This document shows positions 12,390-23,683 of a DNA stretch of 64,000 nucleotides, one piece after another (the first letter of the stretch is position 1; each line of letters begins with the position of its first letter). Below the pieces are notes generated by a model. It searched no databases. It saw only the letters and a program-made list of their open reading frames with translations, and was not told where the DNA came from. Both the position numbers and the translations under genes were made by a program. The stretch comes from Squalus acanthias (lineage: Eukaryota). The stretch is taken from positions 142,168,001 to 142,232,000 of the forward strand of contig CM059432.1 of NCBI GenBank assembly GCA_030390025.1, given 5' to 3'.

Positions 12390-14808
12390 CGCTCCCTCTG
12401 TCCCAGTCTCTCTCTCTCCCCAGTCTCTCTCTCTCCCCCCGCCCCAGTCTCTCTCTCGCTCTCTCTCTCTCTCGCCCCCAGTCTCTCTCTCTCTCTCCCT
12501 CTGTCCCAGTCTCTCTCTCTCTCTCTCCCTCTGTCCCAGTCTCTCTCTCTCCCTCTGTCCCAGTCTCTCTCTCTCCAGTCTCTCTCTCTCCCTCCGTCCC
12601 AGTCTCTCTCTCTCCTCTGTCCCAGTCTCTCTCTCCCTCTGTCCCAGTCTCTCTCTCTCCCTCTGTCCCAGTCTCTCTCTCTCCCTCTGTCCCAGTCTCT
12701 CTCTCTCTCCATCCCAGTCTCTCTCCCTCTGTCCCAGTCTCGCTCCCCCTCTGTCCCAGTCTCTCTCTCTCCCTCTGTCCCAGTCTCTCTCTCTCCCTCT
12801 GTCCCAGTCTCTCTCTCTCTCCCTCTGTCCCAGTCTCTCTCTCTCCCTCTGTCCCAGTCTCTCTCTCTCTCCCTCTGTCCCAGTCTCTCTCTCTCCCTCC
12901 CTCTGTCTGTCCCAGTCTCTCTCTCTCCCTCTGTCCCAGTCTCTCTCTCTCTCCCTCTGTCCCAGTCTCTCTCTCTCTCCCTCTGTCCCAGTCTCTCTCT
13001 CTCCCTCTGTCCCAGTCTCTCTCTCTCTCCCTCTGTCCCAGTCTCTCTCCCTCCCTCTGTCCCAGTCTCTCTCCCTCCCTCTGTCCCAGTCTCTCTCTCT
13101 CTCCCTATGTCCCAGTCTCTCTCCCTCCCTCTGTCCCAGTCTCTCTCCCTCCCTCTGTCCCAGTCTCTCCCTCTGTCCCAGTCTCTCTCTCTCCCTCTGT
13201 CCCAGTCTCTCTCTCTCCCTCTGTCCCAGTCTCTCTCTCTCCCTCTGTCCCAGTCTCTCTCTCCCTCCCTCTGTCCCAGTCTCTCGCTCCCCCTCTGTCC
13301 CAGTCTCTCCCTCCCTCTGTCCCAGTCTCTCTCTCCCTCCCTCTGTCCCAGTCTCTCTCTCTCTCCCTCTGTCCCAGTCTCTCTCTCTCTCCCTCTGTCC
13401 CAGTCTCTCTCTCTCCCTCTGTCCCAGTCTCTCTCTCTCTCCCTCTGTCCCAGTCTCTCTCTCTCCCTCTGTCCCTGTCTCTCTCTCTCTCTCTGTCCCA
13501 GTCTCTCTCTCCCTCTGTCCCAGTCTCTCTCTCTCTCTCTCTCTCTGTCCCAGTCTCTCTCTCCCTCTGTCCCAGTCTCCCTCTGTCCCAGTCTCTCGCT
13601 CTCTCCCTCTGTCCCAGTCTCTCTCCCTCTGTCCCAGTCTCGCTCCCCCTCTGTCCCAGTCTCTCTCTCTCTCCCTCTGTCCCAGTCTCTCTCTCTCCCT
13701 CTGTTCCAGTCTCTCTCTCTCTCTCTGTCCCAGTCTCTCTCTCTCCCTCTGTTCCAGTCTCTCTCTCTCCCTCTGTTCCAGTCTCTCTCTCTCCCTCTGT
13801 CCCAGTCTCGCTCCCCCTCTGTCCCAGTCTCTCTCTCTCCCTCTGTTCCAGTCTCTCTCTCCCTCTGTTCCAGTCTCTCTCTCTCCCTCTGTCCCAGTCT
13901 CTCTCTCTCTCTCTGTCTGTCCCAGTCTCGCTCCCCCTCTGTCCCAGTCTCTCTCTCTCCCTCTGTTCCAGTCTCTCTCTCTCCCTCTGTTCCAGTCTCT
14001 CTCTCTCCCTCTGTTCCAGTCTCTCTCTCTCCCTCTGTTCCAGTCTCTCTCTCTCCCTCTGTTCCAGTCTCTCTCTCCGTGTCTCCCTATCTTGCTGTCT
14101 CTCTCTCCCTCTGTGTCTCCCTATCTCGCTGTCTCTCTCTCCCTCCGTGTCTCCCTATCTTGCTGTCTCTCTCTCCCTCTGTGTCTCCCTATCTCGCTGT
14201 CTCTCTCTCCCTCCGTGTCTCCCTATCTTGCTGTCTCTCTCTCCCTCTGTGTCTCCCTATCTCACTGTCTCTCTCTCCCTCCGTGTCTCCCTATCTTGCT
14301 GTCTCTCTCTCCCTCTGTGTCTCCCTATCTCGCTGTCTCTCTCCCTCCGTGTCTCCCTATCTTGCTGTCTCTCTCTCCCTCTGTGTCTCCCTATCTTGCT
14401 GTCTCTCTCCCTCTGTGTCTCCCTATCTCGCTGTCTCTCTCTCCCTCCGTGTCTCCCTATCTTGCTGTCTCTCTCTCCCTCTGTGTCTCCCTATCTTGCT
14501 GTCTCTCTCACCCTCTGTGTCTCCCTATCTTGCTGTCTCTCTCACCCTCTGTGTCTCCCTATCTTGCTGTCTCTCTCTCCCTCTGTGTCTCCCTATCTTG
14601 CTGTCTCTCTCACCCTCTGTGTCTCCCTATCTTGCTGTCTCTCTCTCCCTCTGTGTCTCCCTATCTTGCTGTCTCTCTCTCCCTCTGTGTCTCCCTATCT
14701 TGCTGTCTCTCTCTCCCTCTGTGTCTCCCTATCTTGCTGTCTCTCTCTCCCTCTGTGTCTCCCTATCTTGCTGTCTCTCTCACCCTCTGTGTCTCCCTGT
14801 CTCTCTCT
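12390..14808. repeat. Pyrimidine-rich compound minisatellite (CCCAGTCTCTCTCTCCCTCTGT units, then CCCTATCTTGCTGTCTCTC... units)
   Basis: Direct reading; the unit type switches near 14080. Confidence 0.95.
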
Positions 14809-15119
14809 GCAAAGAACATCAGAGCAAAAGGAGAAGCAGAGAATCAGTGTCGGTTCAGGAGAGAGCTTTCCTCCCATTTATTTAAACATTTGAAATCCAG
14901 TCAATGTTGAAAAATGAGCAGAATTCTTTACCTCTTAGGGGAAATGCTTCCTGACAATGCTTTGATATTTGTGCTCTTGCGATAATGAAGGTGCTCACAT
15001 CAGACACCAGCTCCACTAACCTGTTCGCAATTAACTGAATGCCCTTAGTGTCCCAGATCAGTGTAATCCTTAGCGATAACTGCCTGCAGGTTTTAGGAGA
15101 GACGATTAAATGAGGCCCT

Positions 15120-18100
15120 GACAGTCTCACTCTCTTCCCGCCCCAGTCTCACTCTCCTTCCCCCCGCCCCAGACTCTCTCGCTCGCCCCCCAGTCTCTCT
15201 CTCTCGCTCGCCCCCCAGTCTCTCGCTCGCTCGCCCCCCAGTCTCTCTCTCTCGCTCGCCCCCCAGTCTCTCTCTCTCGCTCCCCCCCAGTCTCTCTCTC
15301 TCGCTCCCCCCCAGTCTCTCTCTCTCGCTCCCCCCCAGTCTCTCTCTCTCGCTCGCCCCCCAGTCTCTCTCTCTCGCTCGCCCCCCAGTCTCTCTCTCTC
15401 GCTCGCCCCCCAGTCTCTCTCTCGCTCGCCCCCCAGTCTCTCTCTCTCGCTCGCCCCCCAGTCTCTCGCTCGCCCCCCAGTCTCTCGCTCGCCCCCCAGT
15501 CTCTCTCTCGCTCGCCCCCCAGTCTCTCTCTCTCGCTCGCCCCCCAGTCTCTCGCTCGCTCGCCCCCCAGTCTCTCGCTCGCTCGCCCCCCCAGTCTCTC
15601 GGCTCTCGCTCGCCCCCGTCTCTCTCTCGCTCGCCCCCCAGTCTCTCGCTCGCCCCCAGTCTCTCGCTCGCCCCCCAGTCTCTCGCTCGCCCCCCAGTCT
15701 CTCGCTCCGCCCCCCAAGTTCTCGCTCGCCCCCCAAGTCTCTCGCTCGCCCCCAGTCTGTCGCTCGCCCCCCAGTCTCTCTCTCTCCCCCCCAGGACTCT
15801 CGCTCGCCCCCCAGTCTCTCGCTCGCCCCCCCAGTCTCTCTCTCCCCCCCCAGACTCTCTCTCCACCCCCCAGTTTCTCTCTCTCCCCCCCCAGTCTCTC
15901 TCCCCCCCCAGTCTCTCTCTCTCCCCCCCCGTCTCTCTCTCCCCCCCAGTCTCTCTCTCTCCCCCCCCCCAGTTTCTCTCTCCCCCCCCCCCAGTCTCTC
16001 TCTCCCCCCCCCCAGTCTCTCTCTCCCCCCCCTTTCTCTCTCCCCCCCTTTCTCTCTCTCCCCCCCCTTTCTCTCTCTCCCCCCCCCTTTCTCTCTCTCC
16101 CCACCAGTCTCTCTCTCCCCCCCAGTCTCTTTTACCCCCCCAGTTTCTCTCTCCCCCCCCAGTCTCTCTCTCCCCCCCCAGTCTCTCTCTCCCCCCCAGT
16201 CTCTTTTACCCCCCCAGTCTCTCTCTCTCCCCCCCAGTCTCTCTCTCCCCCCCCCGTCTCTCTCTCTCCCCCCCAGTCTCTCTCTCTCCCCCCAGTCTCT
16301 CTCTCTCCCCCCAGTCTCTTTTACCCCCCCAGTCTCTCTCTCCCCCCCAGTCTCTCTCTCTCCCCCCCAGTCTCTCTCTCCCCCCCCCAGTCTCTCTCTC
16401 CCCCCCCAGTCTCTCTCTCCCGCTCGCCCCCCAGTCTTTCTCTCCCCCCCGTCTCTCTCTCTCTCTCCCCCCCCAGTCTCTCTCTCCCCCCCCCAGTCTC
16501 TCTCTCTCCCCCCCAGTCTCTCTCTCCCCCCCAGTCTCTCTCTCCCCCCCAGTCTCTCTCTCCCCCCCCCAGTCTCTCTCTCCCCCCCCAGTCTCTCTCT
16601 CCCCCCCGTCTCTCTCTCTCGCCCCCCAGTCTCTCTCTCTCTCGCTCGCCCCCAGTCTCTCGCTCGCCCCCCAAGTCTCTCGCTCGCCCCCCAGTCTCTC
16701 GCTCGCCCCCCAGTCTCTCGCTCGCCCCCCAGTCTCTCGCTCGCCCCCCAAGTCTCTCGCTCGCCCCCCAAGTCTCTCGCTCGCCCCCCAAGTCTCTCGC
16801 TCGCCCCCCAAGTCTCTCGCTCGCTCTCCCCCCAGTCTCTCGCTCGCTCTCCCCCCAGTCTCTCGCTCGCTCGCCCCCCAGTCTCTCTCTCTCGCTCGCC
16901 CCCCAGTCTCTCTCTCTCGCTCGCCCCCCGTCTCTCTCACTCGCTCGCCCCCCAGTCTCTCGCTCGCTCGCCCCCAGTCTCTCTCTCTCGCTCGCCCCCC
17001 GTCTCTCTCTCTCGCTCGCCCCGTCTCTCTCTCGCTCCGCCCCGTCTCTCTCTCGCTCGCCCCCGTCTCTCTCTCGCTCGCCCCCCTGTCTCTCTCTCTC
17101 GCTCGCCCCCCAGTCTCTCTCTCTCGCTCGCCCCCCAGTCTCTCTCGTCTCGCTCGCCCCCCAGTCGCTCGCTCGCCCCCCCAGTCCTCTCGCTCGCTCG
17201 CCCCCCCAGTCTCTCTCTCGCTCGCCCCCCAGTCTCTCGCTCGCCCCCCCCAGTCTCTCGCTCGCCTCGCCCCCCAGTCTCGCTCGCCCCCAGTCTCGCT
17301 CGCCCCAAGTCTCTCGCTCGCTCGCCCCCCAGTCTCTCTCTCTCGCCCCCAGTCTCTCTCTCTCGCCCCCCAGTCTCTCTCTCTCTCTCGCTCGCCCCCC
17401 AGTCGCTCTCTCGCTCGCCCCCCCCAGTCGCTCTCTCTCGCTCGCCCCCCCAGTCGCTCTCTCTCGCTCGCCCCCCCAGTTCGCTCTCTCTCGCTCGCCC
17501 CCAGTCGCTCTCTCTCGCTCGCCCCCCAGTCGCTCTCTCTCGCTCGCCCCCCAGTCGCTCTCTCTCGCTCGCCCCCCAGTCGCTCTCTCTCGCTCGCCCC
17601 CCAGTCGCTCTCTCTCGCTCGCCCCCCAGTCGCTCTCTCTCGCTCGCCCCCCAGTCTCTCTCTCTCGCTCGCCCCCCGTCTCTCTCTCTCGCTCGCCCCC
17701 CGTCTCTCTCTCTCGCTCGCCCCCCGTCTCTCTCTCTCGCTCGCCCCCCAGTCTCTCTCTCTCGCTCACCCCCCAGTCTCTCTCTCTCGCTCGCCCCCCA
17801 GTCTCTCTCTCTCGCTCGCCCCCCAGTCTCTCTCTCTCGCTCGCCCCCCGTCTCTCTCTCTCGCTCGCCCCCGTCTCTCTCTCTCGCTCGCCCCCCAGTC
17901 TCTCTCTCTCGCTCGCCCCCCAGTCTCTCTCTCTCGCTCGCCCCCCAGTCTCTCTCTCTCGCTCGCCCCCCAGTCTCTCTCTCTCGCTCGCCCCCCAGTC
18001 TCTCTCTCTCGCTCGCCCCCCAGTCTCTCTCTCTCGCTCGCCCCCTAGTCTCTCTCTCGCTCGCCCCCCAGTCTCTCTCTCTCGCTCGCCCCCCAGTCTC

Positions 18101-18225
18101 TCTCTCTCGCTCGCCCCCCAGTCTCTCTCGCTCGCCCCCAGGTCTCTCTCTCTCCCCCCAAGTCCCTCGCTCGCCCCCCAGTCTCTCTCTCTCGCTCGCC
18201 CCCCAGTCTCTCTCCCTCTCCCCTT
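15120..18225. repeat. Pyrimidine-rich minisatellite (CCCCCAGTCTCTCTCTCGCTCG)n
   Basis: Direct reading; G-runs on the minus strand. Confidence 0.95.
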
Positions 18226-19191
18226 TCGATCCTCGCTACCCCCTCACCCCAACGGATCTAGTTGCAAAGCGTGGCCTGTACTGTAGGCTGCAACAGTGGG
18301 GTACTGCGCCTGCACAGAAGGAGATCGGGTGTGCATGCACGGTATGCAGATTGCCGCAAAGTCGGTATTTTTAATCGGGCCGCTCCCCGCTCCAGCTGCT
18401 GTCTGGCTCTGCGCGACAATTCAATTCAACCTCGCGGGAGCTCGAGGAATAGTGCGCTGGCGTGCAGCCGTGCACCTTAGAGGGAACAGTGCTCTCCACC
18501 TCTTTCTCCTCCTTTAAGACGCTCTTTGACAAAGCTTTTGGTCACTTTTTTTTTTATTCCTTTATGGGATGTGGGCGTCGCTGGCAAGGCCGGCATTTAT
18601 TGCCCATCCCTAATTGCCCTCGAGAAGGTGGTGGTGAGCCGCCTTCTTGAACCGCAGAGGGCAGTTAAGAGTCAACCACATTGCTGTGGGTCTGGAGTCA
18701 CATATAGGCCAGACCGGGTAAGGACTGCAGATTTCCTTCTACTAAAGGACATTAGTAAACCAGATGGGTTTTTACGACAATCCAGTAGTTTCATGATCAC
18801 CATTACTGATACTAGCTTTTTATTTCAAGATTTATTTAATTGAATTTAAATTCCCCAGCTGCCTGCGGTGGGATTTGAACTCACGACTCCGGGTCATTAA
18901 TCCAGGCCTCTGGATTACTAGTCCAGTAACATAACCACTATGCCACCGTACCCCTATTATCTCCTTCTGTGGCTCGGTGTCAAAAATGTTTTTAATGATA
19001 TCGCTCCTGTGAAGTGCCTTGGGACATTTTGCTATGTTAAATGCACTATATAAATATAAATAGTTGTTACTGTTATTGAACTACAGTATGTTGCAGAAAG
19101 TATCTGCCCTAAAATTTTGAATAACCCCGTTTAGTCACATCAAGAAGAGTAACAATAGTGCGTACAGCTCCTGTCGAAACATCACCCCCAC

Positions 19192-19345
19192 CTGAGGCAT
19201 TTACACATTGCTGGGGAGCACTTGTATCACCCGCTGTCTCTCGGACGTAGAAGGTGAGCTGGGTAGGTTGAAGGGGTCTGTGCCCGGGCCTCTGCACGCA
19301 CTCCAAGTAGCTATTTAACCTCTTGAGGGAATTTTCATTCACTTC
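19192..19345 (-). CDS. TCAIM: TCAIM coding exon 3 (EVNENSLKRLNSYLECVQRPGHRPLQPTQLTFYVRE...)
   Basis: Matches TCAIM EINENSLKRL...PTQLTFYVRE; TGCAG acceptor, G|GTGGG donor; phases 0 and 1 agree with the neighbouring exons. Confidence 0.95.
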
Positions 19346-20814
19346 CTGCAAAAGCAAAACGATACAAGAAATACAGAGAAACTTTCTTACAGCTGTTTGC
19401 AGGAATCAGTCGAAAGCGCTTGGCGTCTGAATCATAGGATCATACAGCACGGAAGCAGGCCGTTCGGCCCATCGAGTCTGTACCGGCTCTTTCGAAGTCT
19501 GGCTCGAAGGATTCTATTGGTGGGACAATGGAAGTTGACAGATGTACTTAAGCTGTTCCAATCGCCATTAAATATTGCCGTAGCCAGTACGCGCTGCCAT
19601 CATTGCACCTTTATCTTACTAAATCTGGGCTGAAGTATTCGAAAAATTAGAACCGTCATCTCCAACTTGAATAAAGGCACCTCCCAGACCATCACCATCG
19701 TCCTTCACCACACATGAATACCAAGAAATGACAAGACACCATGAATTCGCATCAGAGATCTTTGTCAGAACCTGTGACTCAGTCCAGTCTGCATTTGATC
19801 AAATAAGATTCAAACCTCCCCAGTGTAGACCAGGTTGAACTTGGGCTGCTTTCCCCATTGTTGCTCCTCCAAACAGTGTCACTGTCCCTAGAGATTAACT
19901 CCAAGATAAAACTATGATCGAATTATCTCCCAATCTGAAACAGGATACACTGCAATAAAAATTAAACATTTTTGTCTGTCGCTTGACCTGGGCTTCTTGA
20001 ACATCATTGCGGTATTTAAAGGGTTAAAACCCGGCCCCCTCTCACAGACATGGTATCCCAGCTTAACTTACAGGCACGATGCGCCGAATGGCCTCCCTTC
20101 CGTGCTGCAAGGTTCTATGATTGCTCTCAAACACAGGAGGCTGGCGCTCACCTGAGAAAGCAGTCTGAAACATGGAAGCCAAACTACAGGGAGCAATAAA
20201 ATACACAACAGTGGTGGCAGCACAGATGAGATAGATTATCATTCACAGAACAAGGGAAACTTAAAGCATGTGCAACAGTTTCAGACCAGGGGAAAGATGC
20301 CCAGAAGGGCTTAAAGAAGCACAGACAGAGACAGAACATGCCTGTGTAGCTTAAAGGAAAACCAAAGGTACATGTATTCCATCTGAATCAGCAACTGCAT
20401 TCAGCCCATCATGGCTGTGCCGGCTCTTTGAAAGAGCTGTCCAATTAGTCCCACTCCCCCCTGCTCTTTCCCCATAGCCCTGCAAATATTTCCTTTTCAA
20501 GTATTTATCCAATTCCCTTTTGAAAGTTACTATTGAATCTGCTTCCACCGCCCTTTCAGGCAGCGCGTTCCAGATCACAGCAACTCACTGCGTAAAAAAA
20601 AATTCTCCTCTCCCCCTCTGGTTGTTTTGCCAATGACCTTAAATCTGTGTCCTCTGGTTACCGGCCCTCCTGGCAGTGGAAACAGTTTCTCCCTATCTAC
20701 TCTATCAAAACCTTTCATAATTTTGAACACCTCTATTAAATCTCCCCTCAAGCTTCTCTGCTCTAAGGAGAACAACCCGTAACTAAAGTCCCACATCCCT
20801 GGTACCATTCTGAA

Positions 20815-21270
20815 AAGAACTTGCATTTCTATAGCGCCTTTCACGACCTCAGGACGTCCCAAAGCGCTTTACAGCCAATGAAGTACTTTTTTGAGGTGCA
20901 GTCACTGTTGTGATGTCGGAAACACGGCAGCCAATTTGCACACAGCAAGCTCCCACAAATAGTAATGTGATAATGACCACATAATCTGTTTTAGTGATAT
21001 TGGTTGAAGGATAAATAGTGGCCCCAGGACACCAGGGAGAACTCCCCTGATCTACTTCGAATACTGCCGTGGGATCCACCTGAAGGGGCAGACGGGGCCT
21101 CGGTTTTACATCTCATCCGAAAGACGGCTCCTCCGACAGTACAGCACTCCCTCAGCACTGCACTGGGAGTGTCAGCCTAGATTTTTGTGCTCAAGTCTCT
21201 GGAGTGGGACTTGAATCCACGACCTTCTGACTCAGAGGCAAGAGTGCTGCCCACTGAACCACAGCTGTCA
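20815..21270 (-). mobile_element. DeuSINE (SacSINE1-like), near full length
   Basis: Reverse complement of the 1659-2108 family. Confidence 0.85.
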
Positions 21271-21347
21271 CCAGATTCTGGTAAACCTCTCCAAGGCGTT
21301 ATTTATTTTTCAAACTCAGAAAGCTTACACAGTGCATCAGTACCTAC

Positions 21348-21480
21348 CCTCTCTCTCGGATACTGGCCAAAGAAGTCTGGGTGTACAGCAAAGTAGAATG
21401 GTCTCAGGGCATTGACAGCGTCAGTCGCTGATAACGTTCTTATACGGCAAATCTGCTGGCTGTCTCTTCCTACACAGAAC
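21348..21480 (-). CDS. TCAIM: TCAIM coding exon 2 (FCVGRDSQQICRIRTLSATDAVNALRPFYFAVHPDFFGQYPRER)
   Basis: Contains the TCAIM motif AVNALRPFYFAVHPDFFGQ; CAG acceptor and GTAGGT donor. Confidence 0.95.
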
Positions 21481-21847
21481 CTGTTGTATAAAATGAAACG
21501 ATTTGGTCATTAACAGTGAATAGATTTCTATTACATTGCAAGATGTTTTCTCAATTGTGCCTGTGCAGCAGGTTGGACGACCTCCAAGGCTTCTTCGACA
21601 GCACCTCCCAAACCCGCGACCTCTACCACCTAGATGGACAAGTGCAGCAGGCGCATGGGAGCACCACCAGCTCCAAGTTCCCCTCCAAGTCACACACCAT
21701 CCTGACTTGGTAGTATATCGGCCGTTCCTTCATTGTCGCTGGGTCATAATCCTGGAACTCCCTCCTTAACAGCACTGTGGGAGCACCTTCACCACACGGA
21801 CTGCAGTGGTTGAAGAAGGCGGCTCACCACCACCTTCTCAAGGGCAA

Positions 21848-22065
21848 AAGTGAGAAGTCGCACAACACCAGGCTATAGTCCAACAGCTTTATTTGAAATC
21901 ACAAGCTTTCGGAGCGCTGCTCCTTCGTCAGGTGAGCAGCCGCTCCGAAAGCTTGTGATTTCAAATAAAGCTGTTGGACTATAACCTGGTGTTGTGCGAC
22001 TTCTCACTTTTGTCCACCCCAGTCCAACACCGGCATCTCCGCATCAGTGTGCAATAGGCGCATCA
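21848..22065. mobile_element. Penelope-like remnant, second family (palindromic)
   Basis: About 75-bp inverted arms; TSD TTCTCAAGGGCAA; related copy at 53788-53947 with TSD CTTAAAGGAGGA. Confidence 0.75.
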
Positions 22066-22439
22066 TTCTCAAGGGCAATTAGGGATGGGGCAATAAATGC
22101 CGGCCTTGCCAGCGACGCCCACATCCCATGAATAAAAAAAATCTAGTGAACCTTCGTTGCACTCCCTCCAAGGCAAGTACATCTCTCCTCAGATATGACG
22201 ACCAAAACTGTACACAGTACTCCAGGCCTTACTCTTGTACACTAACCCCCTTTGCAATAAAGGCCAACATGCCATTTGCCTTCCATTACTTGCTGTGCCT
22301 GCATTTTAACTCTCTGTGTTTCCTGTAGGGGGGCACCTAAATCCATTAAAATACTCCAGCTCATTCTTTCAAAGGACTTAAAAACTGTGGAACTCATGAA
22401 CCCTGTCCCCAGCGAGATAACTGTGTGGAGGTGACCTTA

Positions 22440-22690
22440 TCCATTGACCCCTGACCCCCCGGCGTCAACAGTGATTGTGACGTCAGCCAGTGCCCGTGCC
22501 CGTCAAGCGCGGCCCCGCGGGGCGGGAGCGAGCGCCGCTCTCACCTGCTCAGCGCCCGGAGCTGCCGGAGCAGCGGCTCCCCGCGGATCATCAGCGGCCC
22601 CGGCCCCCGGCTCCCGGCCCCCAGTCCCCGGCTCCACTCGGGTCCCCGGCCCGCAGTCCCGCCGCCTCAAGCGGCCATTGCGCATGGGCC
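22440..22690 (-). promoter_or_regulatory. CpG island / TCAIM promoter and first exon, with YY1-like GCGGCCATT and NRF1-like TGCGCATG
   Basis: High CpG density around the first coding exon; motifs at about 22671-22686. Confidence 0.7.
22545..22591 (-). CDS. TCAIM: TCAIM first coding exon (MIRGEPLLRQLRALS-R), putative mitochondrial targeting peptide start
   Basis: ATG at 22591 in a CpG-rich region; AG|GTGAGA donor in phase 2 joins in frame to the next exon; Arg/Leu-rich N-terminus. Start codon inferred from frame, not from homology. Confidence 0.75.
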
Positions 22691-23069
22691 CAGAGCAATC
22701 CAACCCCGGACCAGTCGATCCCAGGCCAGAGCAATCCAACCCCGGACCAGTCGATCCCAGGCCAGAGCAATCCAACCCCCAGACCAGTCGATCCCAGGCC
22801 AGAGCAATCCAACCCCGGACCAGTCGATCCCAGGCCAGAGCAATCCAACCCCGGACCAGTCGATCCCAGGCCAGAGCAATCCAACCCCGGACCAGTCGAT
22901 CCCAGGCCAGAGCAATCCAACCCCCGGACCAGTCGATCCCAGGCCAGAGCAATCCAACCCCGGACCAGTCGATCCCAGGCCAGAGCAATCCAACCCCGGA
23001 CCAGTCGATCCCAGGCCAGAGCAATCCAACCCCCAGACCAGTCGATCCCAGGCCAGAGCAATCCAACCC
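22690..23069. repeat. 36-38-bp minisatellite, about 10.5 copies (CCAGAGCAATCCAACCCCGGACCAGTCGATCCCAGG), immediately upstream of TCAIM exon 1
   Basis: Near-identical head-to-tail units. Confidence 0.95.
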
Positions 23070-23079
23070 AGCCACACTG

Positions 23080-23683
23080 ATACAATAGCAAAAATACTGC
23101 GGATGCTGGAAATCTGAAATAACAACAGAAAATGCTGGAAAGACAGATTTTTGAACGATAGGGGAGTCGAGGGTTGTGCGGAGCGGGCAGGGAAGTGGAG
23201 TTGAGGCCAAGATCAGATCAGCCATGACATTGAATGGCGGAGCAGGTTTGAGGGGACGAATGACCTACTCCTGCTCCGACGTCTTATGTTCTTATGAAAC
23301 ACTCAGCAGGTCAGGCAGAATCAAAGAGAGGAGAAACAGAGTCAACGTTTCAGGTCGAACCCTTCGTCAGAACTGGAAGCGGTTAGGGAGGAGAGATGTT
23401 TAAGCAGGGGCAGGGAGGAGGGGAGGAAAGATCATCATCTAGAGCCAGCTTTCCCATTACCTTTTGCCTTACACTATCATCCCTTTTGGCAGTCAGTCTC
23501 TCCTGCCTTCCATCCCATCACAGACCTTCCCCTTGTTCTTTCCTCCCTGCCCCTGCTTAAACATCTCTCCTTCCTAACCGTTTCTAGTTCTGACAAAGGG
23601 TTCGACCCGAACCGTTGACTCTGTTTCTCCTCTCTTCGATGCTGCTTGACCTGATGAGTGTTTCCAGCACTTTCTGTTGTTAT
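23080..23683. mobile_element. Penelope-like remnant with a nested CR1 3' end
   Basis: TSD CCCAGCCACACTG at about 23067 and 23684; inverted pLTR arms. Confidence 0.7.

Larger units (their letters stand above)
9965..18491. mobile_element. Large non-autonomous hAT-type DNA transposon (8527 bp) with internal cargo
   Basis: Left TIR CAATGTTCCCTCTAA and right TIR (reverse complement CACTGTTCCCTCTAA) match at 14/15; exact 8-bp TSD CTCTCCAC at 9957-9964 and 18492-18499; the interrupted L2 sequence resumes seamlessly after the right TSD. Confidence 0.85.

Noticed and set aside
12250..17769. Very long ORFs (886, 876, 592, 540, 482 aa) on both strands
   Set aside because: Stop-free translations of CT-rich satellites, open in several frames at once, with no protein-like complexity.
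22444..23225. Overlapping 150-240-aa ORFs
   Set aside because: Produced by a GC-rich island plus a 36-bp VNTR; only 22545-22591 splices in frame to TCAIM.
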